Below, in pieces: positions 1 through 13,083 of a stretch of DNA of 64,000 nt (position 1 is its first letter; the number at the start of each line of letters is the position of its first letter). Both the position numbers and the translations under genes were made by a program. The notes under the pieces were generated by a model. That model did not search any database. It saw nothing but the letters and a program-made list of their open reading frames with translations, and was not told the DNA's origin. Source of the DNA: Octopus sinensis (lineage: Eukaryota); assembly GCF_006345805.1 (NCBI RefSeq), contig NC_042998.1:197780001-197844000 (forward strand), in the 5' to 3' direction.

Positions 1-170
1 TATACTCTTTTACTCTTTTACTTGTTTCAGTCATATGACTGCAGCCATGCTGGAGCACCACCTTTAGTCGAGCAAATCGACCCCGGGACTTATTCTTTGT
101 AAGCCCAGTACTTATTCTATCGGTCTTTTTGCCGAACCGCTAAGTGACGGGGACGTAAATACACCAGCAT
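1..170 (-). mobile_element. SINE family A, 3' part
   Basis: Matches the 3' half of the full copies at 25498-25918 and 51332-51748. Confidence 0.85.
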
Positions 171-465
171 TTACTACACACACACACACACACATATATA
201 TACATATATACATACGGCGTGCTAACGTTTCTGCCAGCTCGCCGCCTTAGAGCTGAACAAATACAATTATAAGTTAACCAATCACTAAACAACAACACGA
301 CATCAACTACACCATTACCCATATAAGGCATGCCACTAATTATAATAATGGTTTACACACAAATGAACACATATATAAATATTCATATTCATGCATAAAT
401 ATTCAGAAAACGCATTCAGCAATATGCTAATATATGTTAAAAAGGTGAGTGAAATTTTGACCTAC

Positions 466-583
466 CATGAATAGGGTTGTAAAAAATGTATCTGCTATTC
501 TTGTGCTGTGTAGCGCCACCAATGTCCCACAATTCAACAAAGTATGTGCGTTCATCAGCAGTTCCTGCTTTGTATTCATGTAA
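466..583 (-). CDS. RABL3: RABL3 coding exon 3
   Basis: Acceptor acacag, donor GTAGGT; 118 nt encoding [23 protein letters not shown]... Confidence 0.92.
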
Positions 584-2791
584 CTGTGTGGTTGTTGTCC
601 CATGTGTGAAGATAGAAAGATAGAAATAGTCAAAGAATTACTAACACAAAGGATGCCATAACATAGAAAACAAGACTTAAATATGGGAAGACGATTCATG
701 GAAAGCTGGCAGAATCGTTAGCACATCGGACAAAAATGCTTAGTGGTATTTCTTGTCTTTTGACATTCTGGGTTCAAATCATGCTAAGGTTAATTTTTCC
801 TTTCGTCTCTTAGGGGTTGGTAAAATAAAGTGCCAGTCAAGTACTAGAATCACAGGAATCAACTTGAGTCATCATCATCATCGTTTAGCGTCCGCTTTCC
901 ATGCTAGCATGGGTTGGATGAATGACTGAGGGCTGGTGAACCAGATGGTTGCACCAGGCTTCAATCTTGATCTGGCAGAGTTTCTACAGCTGGATGCTTT
1001 TCCTAACGCCAACCACTCCGAGAGTGTAGTGGGTGCTTTTACGTGCCACCAGCACGGGGCCAGTCAGGCGGTACTGGCAACGACCTCGCTCGAATCTTTT
1101 ACACATGCCACCGGCACAGGTGCCAGTAAGGCGATGCTGGTAACGATCACGCTCGAATGGTGACTTTTACGTGCCACCGGCATGGAAGCCAGTTAGCCGC
1201 TCTGGCAACAATTACGCTCGGATGGTGCTCTTTGCACCCCGCTAGCACAGACGCCAGTCATCCTTCCTCAAAATTGCTGGCCTTCAACCCTGCAACATAT
1301 TGGCATCCTGTTCAGAGGAATGTTGTGATCTTGGTTACTTGTATGCTAGGGTAATTGGCTTTACAAGTCCTAGGACTCAAGAAAAAGAAATAAAAAAGAA
1401 AATTGGAAGAACCATGTCTGCCATCTGTATTCAGTTTATTACCTCTCTATTTTCTTTTCCATCATTTGCTATCTATCTATCTACTTATTTTGCTAGGTAC
1501 GTAGGGAGACCCACCCACCCGCCCGGCCGTCCGTCCGTCCGTCCGTCCATCCATCCATCCATCCATCCATCCATCTGGCCACCTGTCTGTCCATCCATGA
1601 TGTTATTGCATGTCTTGTGCACTCATACTTTTCATAAGTTCCTTTTATCCAATGTTCATGTTTTCATGCAAGTACAGGTGTGGATGGGGAATTAATCATG
1701 GCTTGTGGCAAAGTCTTATGGTTGGATACTCTTCCTATTGCCAGCCTTTACCTATTTTTTTTAGTAACAGATTCTTTGTTTCAAAAGATCTTTGACAGAA
1801 CAGAGCAGCTGGTTGCAATGTCAACAAGGAAATGTAAACCTCATTTTCAATTCACTCTATGATAAATGTGGAAAATCAATAGTTAAGACACCCGTGCCAG
1901 TAACACGTTAAAAGCACCGTCCAAACGTGGCAGATGCCAGTGCCACCTGACTGGCATCTGTGTCGGTAACACGTAAAAGCACCATCCAATCATGGCCGTT
2001 TGCCAGCTTCCTCTGGCCCCTGTGTCGGTGGCACATAAAAACCACCCATTACACTCACGGAGTGGTTGGTGTTAGGAAGAGCATCCAGCTGTAGAAACAC
2101 TGCCAGATAAAACTGGAGCCTGGTGCCGTCTCCTGGCTTCCCAGACCCCGGTCGAACCGTCCAACCCATGCTAGCATGGAAAATGGACGTTACACGATGA
2201 TGATGATGAAACACACACACACACACATGAGATTCCTGCAGTTACCATCTATCAAATTCCTCAGAAGGTATTGGCTGGCTTGGAGCTATAGCAGAAGGCA
2301 TATACTCAACCTGTCACACAGTGGGAGTAAACCAAGACCATACAATCAAGAAGCTAACTTCTCAACCATACACCCATTCCTGGGTACATATTATAAAGTC
2401 CCCACATGTTCCTTTTCTAAATACTGAGCATGGTTATCTCCCACAAGGCAACAGAGTCTTGAGTTCTTTCTTATTAAATACTTTCAACAGCGAGATTTAC
2501 ATTTAAGGTATCATGATTTTAGACTCTGCCTTCTTGTTTGAAAAACTTTCTTTAATTCTTTACCAGATTCAGTCATGGGGATTAGGGTATTGGTATAATG
2601 CCATTGTAAGCAAGTGTTGATGTATGGATACTTACAGCAACCTCTACAGAACAACCAATTGTGTAGGCTGGGTTATTTGTTGCTTCACCATGGCAGAGAA
2701 GCTGTACAAGTGATGTTTTACCAACGCCTGAAAAATATAACTGTATGCATAAATATTTATAATACAGATATGGACACACACACACACATGT

Positions 2792-2878
<87 letters not shown>

Positions 2879-4988
2879 TACATAGGTAGATACACAGATA
2901 GATACACACATACATATATGTCATCACCATTTAATATCTGTCTTCAATACTGGCATGGATTGGACAGTTTGACATGATCTGATGAGCCAGAGGATAGCAC
3001 TGGGTTGTAATGTTTGCTGGATGCCCTTCTTAATGCCAAACACTTTACAGGGTTTGCCTGGTGTGTTTTTTTGCAGTATTGGTACAGTATGTGCATACAT
3101 GGTTACATACTCTTTTACTTGTTTCAGTCATTTGACTGTGGCCATGCTGGAGCACCGCCTTTAGTCAAGCAAATTGACCCTAGGACTTATTCTTTGTAAG
3201 CCTAGCACTTATTCTATCGGGCTCTCTTGCCGAACTGCTAAGTGACGGGGACCTAAATACACCAGCATCGGTTGTCAAGCAATGCTAGGGGGACAAATAC
3301 AGACACACACACACACATATATATACATATACATATATACGACAGGCTTCTTTCAGTTTCCGTCTACCAAATCCACTCACAAGGCTTTGGTCGGCCTGAG
3401 GCTATAGAAGAAGACACTTGCCCAAGGTGCCCCGCAGTGGGACTGAACCCGGAACCATGGGGTTGGTAAGCAAGCTACTTACCGCACAGCCACACCTGTA
3501 TGCATTTGTCTACAATCATATAATATAAATGCAAACAGCCACACTAGAAATGGGCCAAGCAACCCCCAATAAATATTTCCTCAATCGGGAAGGGGCATGC
3601 TGGAATTAGACCTGTATGGAATGATAATTAGGTGTGGTGTAGAAGAGGGCAGGAGGAAAGTGTTTGGAGGATGTGGGGTGCTAGAAAGTTCTGGAAAGCA
3701 AATTTACTTGGTTTGATGTGGAAGCATCATTATTGTTTATGGTTCAGCCAAGCATGATAATGGCCAAGTGAACAGTTGTCAGATTCATGTCACGCCATTT
3801 TTAAAAAAAAACTCTTTCATGGTTGATTTGGTGTTGGTATTATTTGATTTCTTTTAGGAAATTTCAAGCTGTTTTGTGGAGGTTAAGCATCATCATCGTT
3901 TAACATCATCATGGGAAGCAGACATTAAACGATGATGCTTAACCTCCCCAAAACAGCTTAAAATTTCCTAAAAGAAGTCAAATAATACCAACACCAAATC
4001 AACCATGAAAGAGTTTTTTTAAAAGAAATGGTGTGACATGAATCTGACAACTGTTCACTTGGCCATTATCGTGCTTGGCTGAACCATAAACAATAATGAT
4101 GCTTCCACATCAAACCAAGTAAATTTGCTTTCCAGAACTTTGTGAAAGAAAGTTTACAACAGAGTGGACCCTGCGAATCATACAGGGGAAACGGATTAAG
4201 TTTAACACCCCAAAACAGGTACGATCCATCGCACGGGCTTTTTTTACACAGTTTCCGCCAACCAAATCTCAATCACAAGCCTTCGATCAACTCGCATCGA
4301 TACAAATAATAATAAACATGCTGAAGATACCGCACACTGGAATCGAACTTGAAACTTCGTTGTTGTGAAGCGAACTATTAATCACAGAAGTTCGTGGATG
4401 AAACAGCTACGTTACTGTTAGGTGTTATAAGAATGAAATTATTTGTATACAGTGCTCAGGTGCACGTTTAATACACGAATTGATTACATTCTCACTCTTG
4501 CCAGTCGCTTTATATGAATCGATGCTGCGTGTGTGTGTGTGTATACTGAAGAATACCTTCTTAATTAATGCGCTAATTGGTGACACTACCCGTATACTGG
4601 TTACCATTAAAAACACGTTTACTGTTAATTAAACAATCGCAGTATTTCTATCCCCCTTGCGTATGGCAAGCTCCGCTATATTCAGTACAAGTGTGAAAAT
4701 ATTACCGTATACATAAATCAAATACGTGATATTAAAGGAAAGTTACGAAAACACCACAAAACCTCAAACGTGGACAAAGCAGTGAAGTTAATTAACTTCG
4801 TAAATCAATGTTTGCCATTCAACAAAGCAGACAGATGATATAATAATAACAATAATGGTAATCATAGTAATAATAAATATAATTATGGTTATAGTAAATT
4901 ATTTCTTTAAAGCATATCTGTAGTAAACGATCGAAACTTTACCTGAGTCTCCCGTCACAAGAATCCGGACTTTGTCAATCGCAGCCAT
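466..4988 (-). CDS. RABL3: Rab-like protein 3, 5' part (coding exons 4943-4988, 2636-2727, 466-583; continues beyond window start)
   Basis: Spliced translation [16 protein letters not shown]|[30 protein letters not shown]|[40 protein letters not shown]. It has the P-loop GDSGVGKT, TIGC and ELWDIGG motifs and closely matches the known RABL3 N-terminus. All junctions are GT-AG with consistent phases (1,0,1). Confidence 0.93.
869..1260 (-). mobile_element. Retroposon family D with (GAT)n tail
   Basis: CATCATCATCGTTTAGCGTCCGCTTTCCATGCTAGCATGGGTTGG end; inverse homolog at 1890-2208, degenerate copy at about 2921-3070. Confidence 0.7.
1890..2208 (+). mobile_element. Retroposon family D with (GAT)n tail
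   Basis: Ends CCAACCCATGCTAGCATGGAAAATGGACGTTACACGATGATGATG. Confidence 0.7.
2636..2727 (-). CDS. RABL3: RABL3 coding exon 2
   Basis: Acceptor tttcag, donor GTAAGT; 92 nt encoding [12 protein letters not shown]...CSVEVA. Confidence 0.93.
3109..3498 (-). mobile_element. SINE family A (tRNA head, CORE-like TTGGGCAAGT, internal microsatellite, RTE-like tail)
   Basis: Multi-copy family within the window; A/B-box head. Confidence 0.88.
3685..4141. repeat. Long near-perfect inverted repeat (~219-bp arms, 21-nt loop)
   Basis: 3685-3903 is the reverse complement of 3925-4141 with few mismatches. Confidence 0.95.
4943..4988 (-). CDS. RABL3: RABL3 coding exon 1 ([16 protein letters not shown])
   Basis: ATG at 4988-4986; 46 nt; donor G|GTAAAG. 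Confidence 0.92.
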
Positions 4989-5250
4989 TTCTCACAAGCA
5001 AACATCTGTTCAATTAAAGAGCAATTTACTGCTTAGAGTTATCTCCCTTACATTACCTTTACGTCTTCTCGAAAGTTACGTCTTGTTTGTCCAGCTTGCT
5101 AGAAATGGCAGTCAAATCTCCGTCAAACAAGAGCGCCTTCATCTTAAAATAATAATGAAATTATTGTATACAGTGCTCGGGTGCACCACATCTCGTTGTT
5201 TGAACTGCAAGAGAAATGGTAGTCGAATCGCACTCAGACCACATGATGAC

Positions 5251-5565
5251 GGTGCTACTTGAGAACAGTGGTCCCAGTGCGCGCACTCGTGTACTCGTGC
5301 ATCCGCGCTAGCTAGTCGTGACTAGTCGATCCTTTGCGTTTTTGTGTTTTATTTACTTTGTTTAGAAAAATTATTTACTTTGTATTTTTGTGTTTTATTT
5401 ACTTTGTTTAGAAAAATTATTTACTTTGTGTAAAAAAAAATATTTATTTTGTGTTTTATTTACTTTGCTAGGTAGTCGTTGTAGGATCGACCAGTCACGA
5501 CTAGCTAGCGCGGATGCGTGAGTACGCGAGTACGCACACCGGGACCACTGTTCTTAAGTAGTACC
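5251..5565. mobile_element. Mutator-type MITE (~83-bp TIRs, 9-bp TSD)
   Basis: TIRs 5251-5333 and 5483-5565 start with GG; TSD CATGATGAC at 5242-5250 and 5566-5574; AT-rich internal direct repeats. Confidence 0.88.
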
Positions 5566-5649
5566 CATGATGACCTTAGCTGATTAGCCGGACCCGTTCT
5601 ACACGTGTTGGCAGCCGTTCTACATAACTCCACAAGTCAGTAATGTTCG

Positions 5650-8030
5650 AGTCCCGGACTAGTGCCCGCATCTCGGCCATGCAGAGCTGGTGGCATTTCT
5701 GTGGCTGTAGAATTTACCTCGAACTAGCCATGCTCCGGGGTAACATTGTCAGGCCAGGGATTACTGAAAATTATTCATGGACCCCGACTCGAAAATCCTC
5801 TGGAATAGACCAGCCAGTTGGTTTTTATTGCCGGCCGGCGTCTACCCGAGAATGCCGTCGCTTTTGCCTATTACTTATCCTCTTCAGATTGCCAACGTAG
5901 GATTCTATTTACTGCTTGTCTGACAGACAGAGGACTCTGAGTACTTGATGACATTCCAAGCACCAAGTGCTTTGTTTTGATCTGTGCTTGGCCCAGGACT
6001 GCAGCCCTGTCACAGAGACAAGCTGTCTAAGAAACGGTGGCCACACCCGTTCACTATCAAAGAATTGCTTGAGATATCAAAGCTTTTGCGAGATACCAAA
6101 GCTCAGCAAATAGAGCACCTGACAAGTGGTACATGTCATTTAAAAAAAAAACAAACGAAAGAACAGACACTCCAGTCTGGTTAGATATGAGTAGGGAGAG
6201 GGCAAGGTGGTTAAGCAGTAATAGATGGCGGAGAATATGTAGGCATTCGCCACAGTTGTTTGACTTTTAAGGAATATCTTCCACTGCTCAATTCAGTTTA
6301 TCACTGGATCGAACCATACCTATTGCAATTTAACCAGTCATTCTGTTAGCGCCCCATAACATTGTTTAACTGTATAGAACAATCCCTTCCAGGGGTATTT
6401 CCATACAGTTTTCCTGATTGACTTTGGTTCCTGTCATCACCTCGTAATCCAATAGTGCGGTGCCAGTCACGTCGATGTACTTGGTATCGGATATTATTAC
6501 GGTGATGTCGTGCGCATACGACGGAACAGATCTTTGGCATCGTAGTTCGTGAGGGTTGGTCCTCAATGTCTTTAGTCTACACAATTGTAGGTCTACAGTC
6601 AATACAAACAGAAAAGATGAGAAGGAACAACTTTGAAAGTTCGAATCCATTATATTGGACGGTTCCGATAAGCAGTCACTTACTCTAACCACAAAGCAGA
6701 TATCGCTGCACATTGTAACGTTCCAACCTTCAAAGAGGGGGTGACAACCGCCAAGTAACGGTGGTAGACCATATCGAAGGTTTTTGATATCTCTAAATTG
6801 ATCAGAGTATCTTCTGTGTCAGGTTCTTTACCCTTTCTCTTTATGATGTTTCACAAGAGGTAGAGGTTGTTGCGAATCGATATGTTAGGAATGGTGCATG
6901 TCTTCGCATCATCAATCAGACTACAGACGACAAGCGTTAACCCTTTTGCTGATATCTGGAACAAAATCTTGAAATCTGCGTTAACAGAATTATAGGCCAA
7001 AAATTGTCAATTTGGTCACTCTGATTTAGGTTCTTTGTAAGCAGAGCCACCGTTTCTCGACTCACGGAATTGGGAATTTTCCCATTCTACTGTCAGTTGC
7101 AGTAAACATCTGCCAACAGATCATTGAACAAGTGTGGTATATAAAAGTAAATCTTGTAGAGTAGACCCTCCAAAGCAGACTATTTGACCCTCGTGTTTTT
7201 AACCATCGCTTTTCGTATTTCAGTGACTTTTAACGACTTTTCGCAACACTCACCTTCTGATTCTACGAATCGTAGTAGGCCATCCTATGAAGCCCATATA
7301 GGTTGAACGTACAAATTATACAAATACGTGGTTTATGTTGCCAACTTTAAACCGTAACATAAGCTATTGCAATCTACTCACTTACAGAATACTAGATATG
7401 ATCTGGATGGTCGAATGTGGTTTGTCCATGTCTACATTGGCGAATTTACATAATCTAATCAGCACCTGTCATATTGTTGGAAGCATCCGAGCAGGTGTGA
7501 AAGGCTTTAACACCATCCTTTCATGTTGGCTTGATCTACACTATCCCAGCGTGCATACAAGACATCATTGCAATCTCTCGCATTAACGAATGTGTCTTTC
7601 TTAAGAAAGTCTCTTGAGGCCTGAAGAAATGTGACCACCTCTCAGTATGTAAATGGCTGCTAGCTTGAAGATATGGCATTCGCTACTGCTCACACCCAGT
7701 TTTATTTCACTGAGCACTTTCTGGATCCAGGTAGATAGTCCGCATTGTGAGATCCAGATGTTTCCGCTACAACAGGCCGACCCCCGCCTCCCAGTCCCGA
7801 TCGACTTGGAGCTATATACACCTTGTAACCATTCGTCAATAAACAATAACGTTTTACTATACTTGCATAATTAAACTAAGGTAACTTAGATTTCCTTCAT
7901 TGGTCTATACCATACGTATCTTAATACCACCATCTGGTGATGTTTTAAGTCATATTTTGGGATACCATACCCTATTCGAATTCTTGTAGACCGAAATTAA
8001 CCCAGGCGTCAGGGATTCGTCAATCGTGTT
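5650..8030 (-). mobile_element. Old degraded Tx1/L1-clade LINE ORF2
   Basis: Minus-strand remnants NF.PI..LNADFKIL (~6970-7010), INL...KTFDMVYH (~6765-6810) and SYAHDITVIIS...YEVMTGTKVN (YADD region), homologous to the LINE at 58675-61143. Confidence 0.7.
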
Positions 8031-8588
8031 TCGGAGAAATTTGTTCAGGTGCTGTTCGCTAGGTAATCTTTTTCTTCTTTGATTTATTTCGGGGGCAATG
8101 TTGAAGAAATTAGTTGAGGTTAGAAAAAGTTGTGTTGCAATGTTATGTCATGTGAGTTCGATTTTTATAGAGGACGTATGACATGGGGTGTGATCTCGGG
8201 TGATTTGTGAACTTGATATTACCATCGTCTGGACAATGTTGATGGAATATTTTCCACATTGTACAAATGGTGTATGCAATGTAATATAATATAATATAAT
8301 ATAATATAATATAATATAATATATTATAATATAATATAGTATAATATAATATAATGTAATATAATATAATATAATATAATATAATATTAATATATTAATA
8401 TATGTGAGATGGTATAATAAAAATACTTATACATAGCGGTGGTGCCCCAGCATGGCCGCAGCCTTTGGGCTAAAATATTTTTAAGGATTTAAGGATAGCA
8501 TTAACAAACCTATGAGTGTATGTGTTTATGAGAGAGAGAGAGAGAGAGTAAGGAAGGGGAGAAAGAGGAGAGAAGGGGGAGAGAGAGG

Positions 8589-8652
<64 letters not shown>

Positions 8653-8865
8653 TGTGTAAAGAGAGAGAGAGAAAGAGAGAAAGAGAGAGAGAGAGATTGA
8701 ATGTATATGTACATAATTTATATACCCATTTGCTGTGTGTCCTTCCCACTCGTCTTGCACACCCTACACTCACTGCTGATTGCCCTGGAATTTTCGTTGC
8801 ATTTAGGGAGCTTTAATTAGTAATCTAATGCCGATGATTACACTAAGCAACTTCGGTGACTGCGA

Positions 8866-8893
8866 TGACGTCAGCACGGAACCAATGACGTCA
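8866..8893. promoter_or_regulatory. Two full CRE palindromes with a CCAAT box
   Basis: TGACGTCA at 8866-8873 and 8886-8893; CCAAT at 8882-8886. Confidence 0.35.
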
Positions 8894-9012
8894 TCCGTGA
8901 CAATGTTTTAGCAGGACGATGTTAATGAAAGTTGATCAGGGAATATAAATACATAGCAAGAAGAAGGAAGGAATGTGACAGCATAAATAATAGCCATGGC
9001 AAAGGTAACCAC

Positions 9013-9263
9013 TACCAACAACAACAGCAACAACAGCAACTGCATCATCATCATCATCATCATCACCACAATCATCATTATCAATATCCACGACGTCATT
9101 GCATAGATAATAGCCATAGCAAAGGTAGGCACTACCAACAACAACAGCAACTGCATCATCATCGTCATCATGATCATGATCATGATCATCATCATCATCA
9201 ACAACATCAGCAACAACAGCAACAACAACAGCAACTGCATCATCGTCGTCATCATCATCATCT

Positions 9264-9305
<42 letters not shown>

Positions 9306-9399
9306 GTCGTCGTCATCATCATCATCATCATCATCATCATTATCATCATCATCATCATCATCATCGTCATCATCATCATCATCATCACCTTCATCATCG

Positions 9400-9430
<31 letters not shown>
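9013..9430. repeat. Compound (CAA/CAG)n-(CAT)n microsatellite
   Basis: Direct reading; includes a ~120-bp local duplication. Confidence 0.95.
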
Positions 9431-9960
9431 AATGGATGCAAGCCGAATTCGTCTCCTACAGCTCCGCAGCAACATTTCTGCGACTCAGACATTCGGAGAC
9501 CAAGGCGTTGGGCCACTCCAATACCGGTTCACTCATCATCCAGAAGGGTACCGGTAGATGAGGAGGGAACCGAACTGAGCCATGCACCGCTATTTGGCTG
9601 CGAGATGGAACGAAGGGAAGAAAAACCAATAAATACAGGGGCCTAACCGGTCGTTATCAGTTTGGTTTGTGTCTGACTAGCTGCTATCAGTTCTCTGTTC
9701 AAACGTCAGGTGTTCTTGGACCCTGTACTACCGATTTCCTCCGGAAAATAGGGATACCGGCGGTCCGTCGGAGAAATGAACTTCTCGAGGCAGAGTGGGT
9801 AGTGCAGCGCGTGTCGCTGGCTATTATCCGCAGTAACACCATCGTGGTCATTACCGCGTAGCACGGCTTAGCACACCATTGCTGCTTTACCCACTCGTTC
9901 CTTTTCTTTTCCTTTATCTCTTTTTCCCCCCTGTTTCTTTGTATTTAAATGTTATTTTAC
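9431..9960 (+). mobile_element. 3' fragment of an RLE-type (CRE-like) non-LTR retrotransposon
   Basis: K.NKYRGL..RYQF and VQTSGVLG...FLRKIG...WVVQRVSLAIIRSN resemble the KY / ETxG / QRxSxAxQRGN C-terminus of CRE-clade proteins. Confidence 0.6.
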
Positions 9961-10784
9961 AACTTATAAAATTGTAATGGTAGGGTGGGTTATTTTTTGG
10001 ATAAAATGAGAAGGGTGCAAGAGTGTTAGCGCGAGGGAAATGAGATGGCATGGGGAGAGTGACTAATATCAGGGAAGGAGAGACAGAGTTGTGTCAGCGA
10101 CAAATATGGAGTGACAGTGAGTCGTTAACGTTAATATAGCTGTTATTCAAGGATATACATGTGCGTACTTTCAATCAGTTTACATAACCAAGTCATAGCA
10201 GACAGACGATAACTAATGAAAGCAGTGTTTGTGTGTGTGTGTCTGTGTGTGTGTGTCTGTGTGTGTCTGTGTGTGTGTATGTGTATGTGTGCGTGTACAT
10301 GTATGCATGTATGTATGTCACTCGCTGTCACCTTTAAGAAAAGGAATGATTTAGATCAAAGTTTTACTCTATTAACATGTATACGCATACACTTATGGCA
10401 TTACGCACACAAATGGAAGTTACTTAACCCAACCCTACAACAATTATATTTTTGATGAAGCGAAACTTATTCTTTTTTCTCACACCTCCCTCTCTCTACA
10501 CGCCTTTCATATCACGCTCTTTCTCGCTCCCCCTGTCTGTCTGTCTCTCTCCCTCTACACACACACACACACACACAAACAAACACGTTTTTCATATCAC
10601 GCTCTTTCTCGACACGCTGAGAGCATTTAACGTGAGGGTTTCGTGTTAGCACTTAGGATTACAATTTTGAGTTAGAGTAAGGATTACGTTTAAGCAGAAA
10701 CTGAAAAGGATTTAAAAGACACACAAACATATATACACAGGCAAACAAACATACATACACACATACATATATATATATATATAT

Positions 10785-10822
<38 letters not shown>

Positions 10823-10838
10823 CATATATATATGTATG

Positions 10839-10869
<31 letters not shown>

Positions 10870-11016
10870 TACAGAGAAAAAGAGAGAGAGAGAGAGAGAG
10901 AAAGAGAGAAGTAGAGTTGATATATATATACATTTAAATTCAGATGAATATGGCACTTAAGTTAAAGGCACCAGCATTTAGTATGGTATTATCCATATAA
11001 ATCAAAATGGGATGAT

Positions 11017-11413
11017 TATAATCAAAATAAGCAACAAGGATATCCAGAGGTAATGCTGTACGATAGTTTCAAGTGACTCCATTTACTTGAACAATGCAAA
11101 TATTACATCAATTTTAAAATGTAGAGCAATCTTCACCTGAATTAAAATATAGAATTTAGTTAAATTCGAAAGATTCATTTGTATAGTTTTCTTTTTATTC
11201 AAAATCACAAAGAGGATAAGGAGATAGACAAAGAACATGTTATATCAACAACATCACAGTTAAATCCTTCGAATTTAACTAAATTCTATATTTTTATGCA
11301 ACTGAGGATTGCTCTACATTTTAAATGATGTAATGTTTGCATTGTTCAATTAAATGGAGTCGCATGAAACGATCGTACTGCATTAACTCTGGATATCCTT
11401 GTTGCTTATTTTG

Positions 11414-11419
<6 letters not shown>
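11017..11419. repeat. Inverted repeat with ~160-bp arms (MITE-like or fold-back), ending in (TA)n
   Basis: 11017-11178 is the reverse complement of 11261-11419. Confidence 0.85.
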
Positions 11420-11463
<44 letters not shown>

Positions 11464-11652
11464 TTTATTTATTAGGGAATAAACATTCCAGCGTCATAGG
11501 GATTCAAATAAAATGAATTATTCTCGATAATGAAATATTTGTTATTTAGTGATAAAGGTCCCCATGCAATTCATCAAATCCTAATATACATCACACCAAA
11601 TAATAGAATTTTATTTTAATACTTATTAATCATTTCTAAATTTCTCTGCTAC

Positions 11653-11683
<31 letters not shown>

Positions 11684-11933
11684 TACACACATGCATATAT
11701 GGGTACAGGAGTCAGTAACAGTAAACAACATGAAATGCGAAAACAAGCGAGTTCCATACGCAAACAAGGCGAGAGAAGCAAATGGAAAACAGGACAAGAA
11801 ACACAAAGACCAGTTGCCGGCTGTCTGTCTACGCCTCATACATATCCCGAAATACAACAATAACTGTTTCTACACACGATTTCACATCAGGAATCTTACA
11901 CCGCAAATGTGTGAACGTATGTATTGTATATTA

Positions 11934-12990
11934 CAGGGTCTGGTGAATAAATTGTCGTCTAAATTACACAAAAAAGAAAATAACACTGACATTTCATTTT
12001 AACATATATTTGCCAAAATTACGTAAAAATATCTTGAAATACTAAAGAGTAAATTTATTCAATAAAATCACCATTGGCTTGAGCCTCGGCTTCCAGATGA
12101 CTTCGGAATCTCCTGCAACTCTTCTGGACGGCCTCTTTGTTTAAGTTGGTGAATTCTGCCATAATTGTTGCCTTTAGTTCATCTTTGATGTTACAAGGAG
12201 TTTTGTTGGTCTCTAGCTCCACTGCGCCCCATGCAATAATCAAGGGGGTTGCAGTCTGGAGAGTTAGGAGGCCAGATGTTAGGGGTGATGTGGTCGCAGA
12301 AATTGTCTGACAGCCATGTCTGGGTTCTTCTGCGTCTGTGGCATGATGCAGAACCCTGTTGTCAGATATAGGGCCTTCCAGCAGCCACCCTCTCGAGCCA
12401 GGGCAGCACTACCTTCTCCTGGCATTTGATGTAGGCCTCTGTGTTGAGTCTGAGGCCGTGTGGAAAGATGAATGGAGGTATAATGTTGCCATCACTAGTG
12501 ATCACTCCAAACACCATCATGTTGATTGAATATATAATTTCCATCAAAAGCTTCATTGTGCGGTCTTTCCTCTTGTCCTTGATGGCTTGGGATAAAAATT
12601 GGCCTTTCTCATCTTGTATGAGGAATACCCGAATGTCTTCAGGCATTACCTGTTTGATAAGAAACTGAGACGCACTCACGCCCTTGGAGATAGACCTGAT
12701 TGACTTGGAGGGATCGATTATGGCCTGGGTACTACCAAAAAAATCAGGAGTTCTTTTCTTATTAGATCGCTCAGAATGAATTTTCAGAGCTGCCGTACCT
12801 TCGTAATCAACATTAGACTTATCCAACTCATTCCGAATCTTCTGTACTGTCCTCAGATTGACTCCCAAATATTCTGGAAAGTTCATATTGGAGCTCCCGG
12901 CGCGATGCCAAGCAGTACAGCATGTCGTTTCCAAATTTCTGATGGAGTGAAATGCATCATGGTACTGTTTTTCTTATAGGCAGTACCTAA
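11934..12990 (-). mobile_element. Tc1/mariner (maT, DD37D-like) transposase pseudogene
   Basis: MVFGVITSDG, QQGSASCH, WPPNSPDCNPLDY and C-terminal ANGDFIE; one TA-CAGGGT end at 11932-11939; stops and deletions present. Confidence 0.85.
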
Positions 12991-13021
12991 CTGACCTTAC
13001 TATACAGAACATGTATTATGC

Positions 13022-13083
<62 letters not shown>

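Noticed and set aside
4972-5262. Divergent gene opposite RABL3
   Set aside because: No recognisable protein; the ORF overlaps the RABL3 start, a CR1 stub and the MITE edge.
8908-9646. Poly-Q/H/S/M/D ORFs
   Set aside because: Open on both strands simply because (CAT)n and (CAA)n lack stop codons; no splice or domain support.
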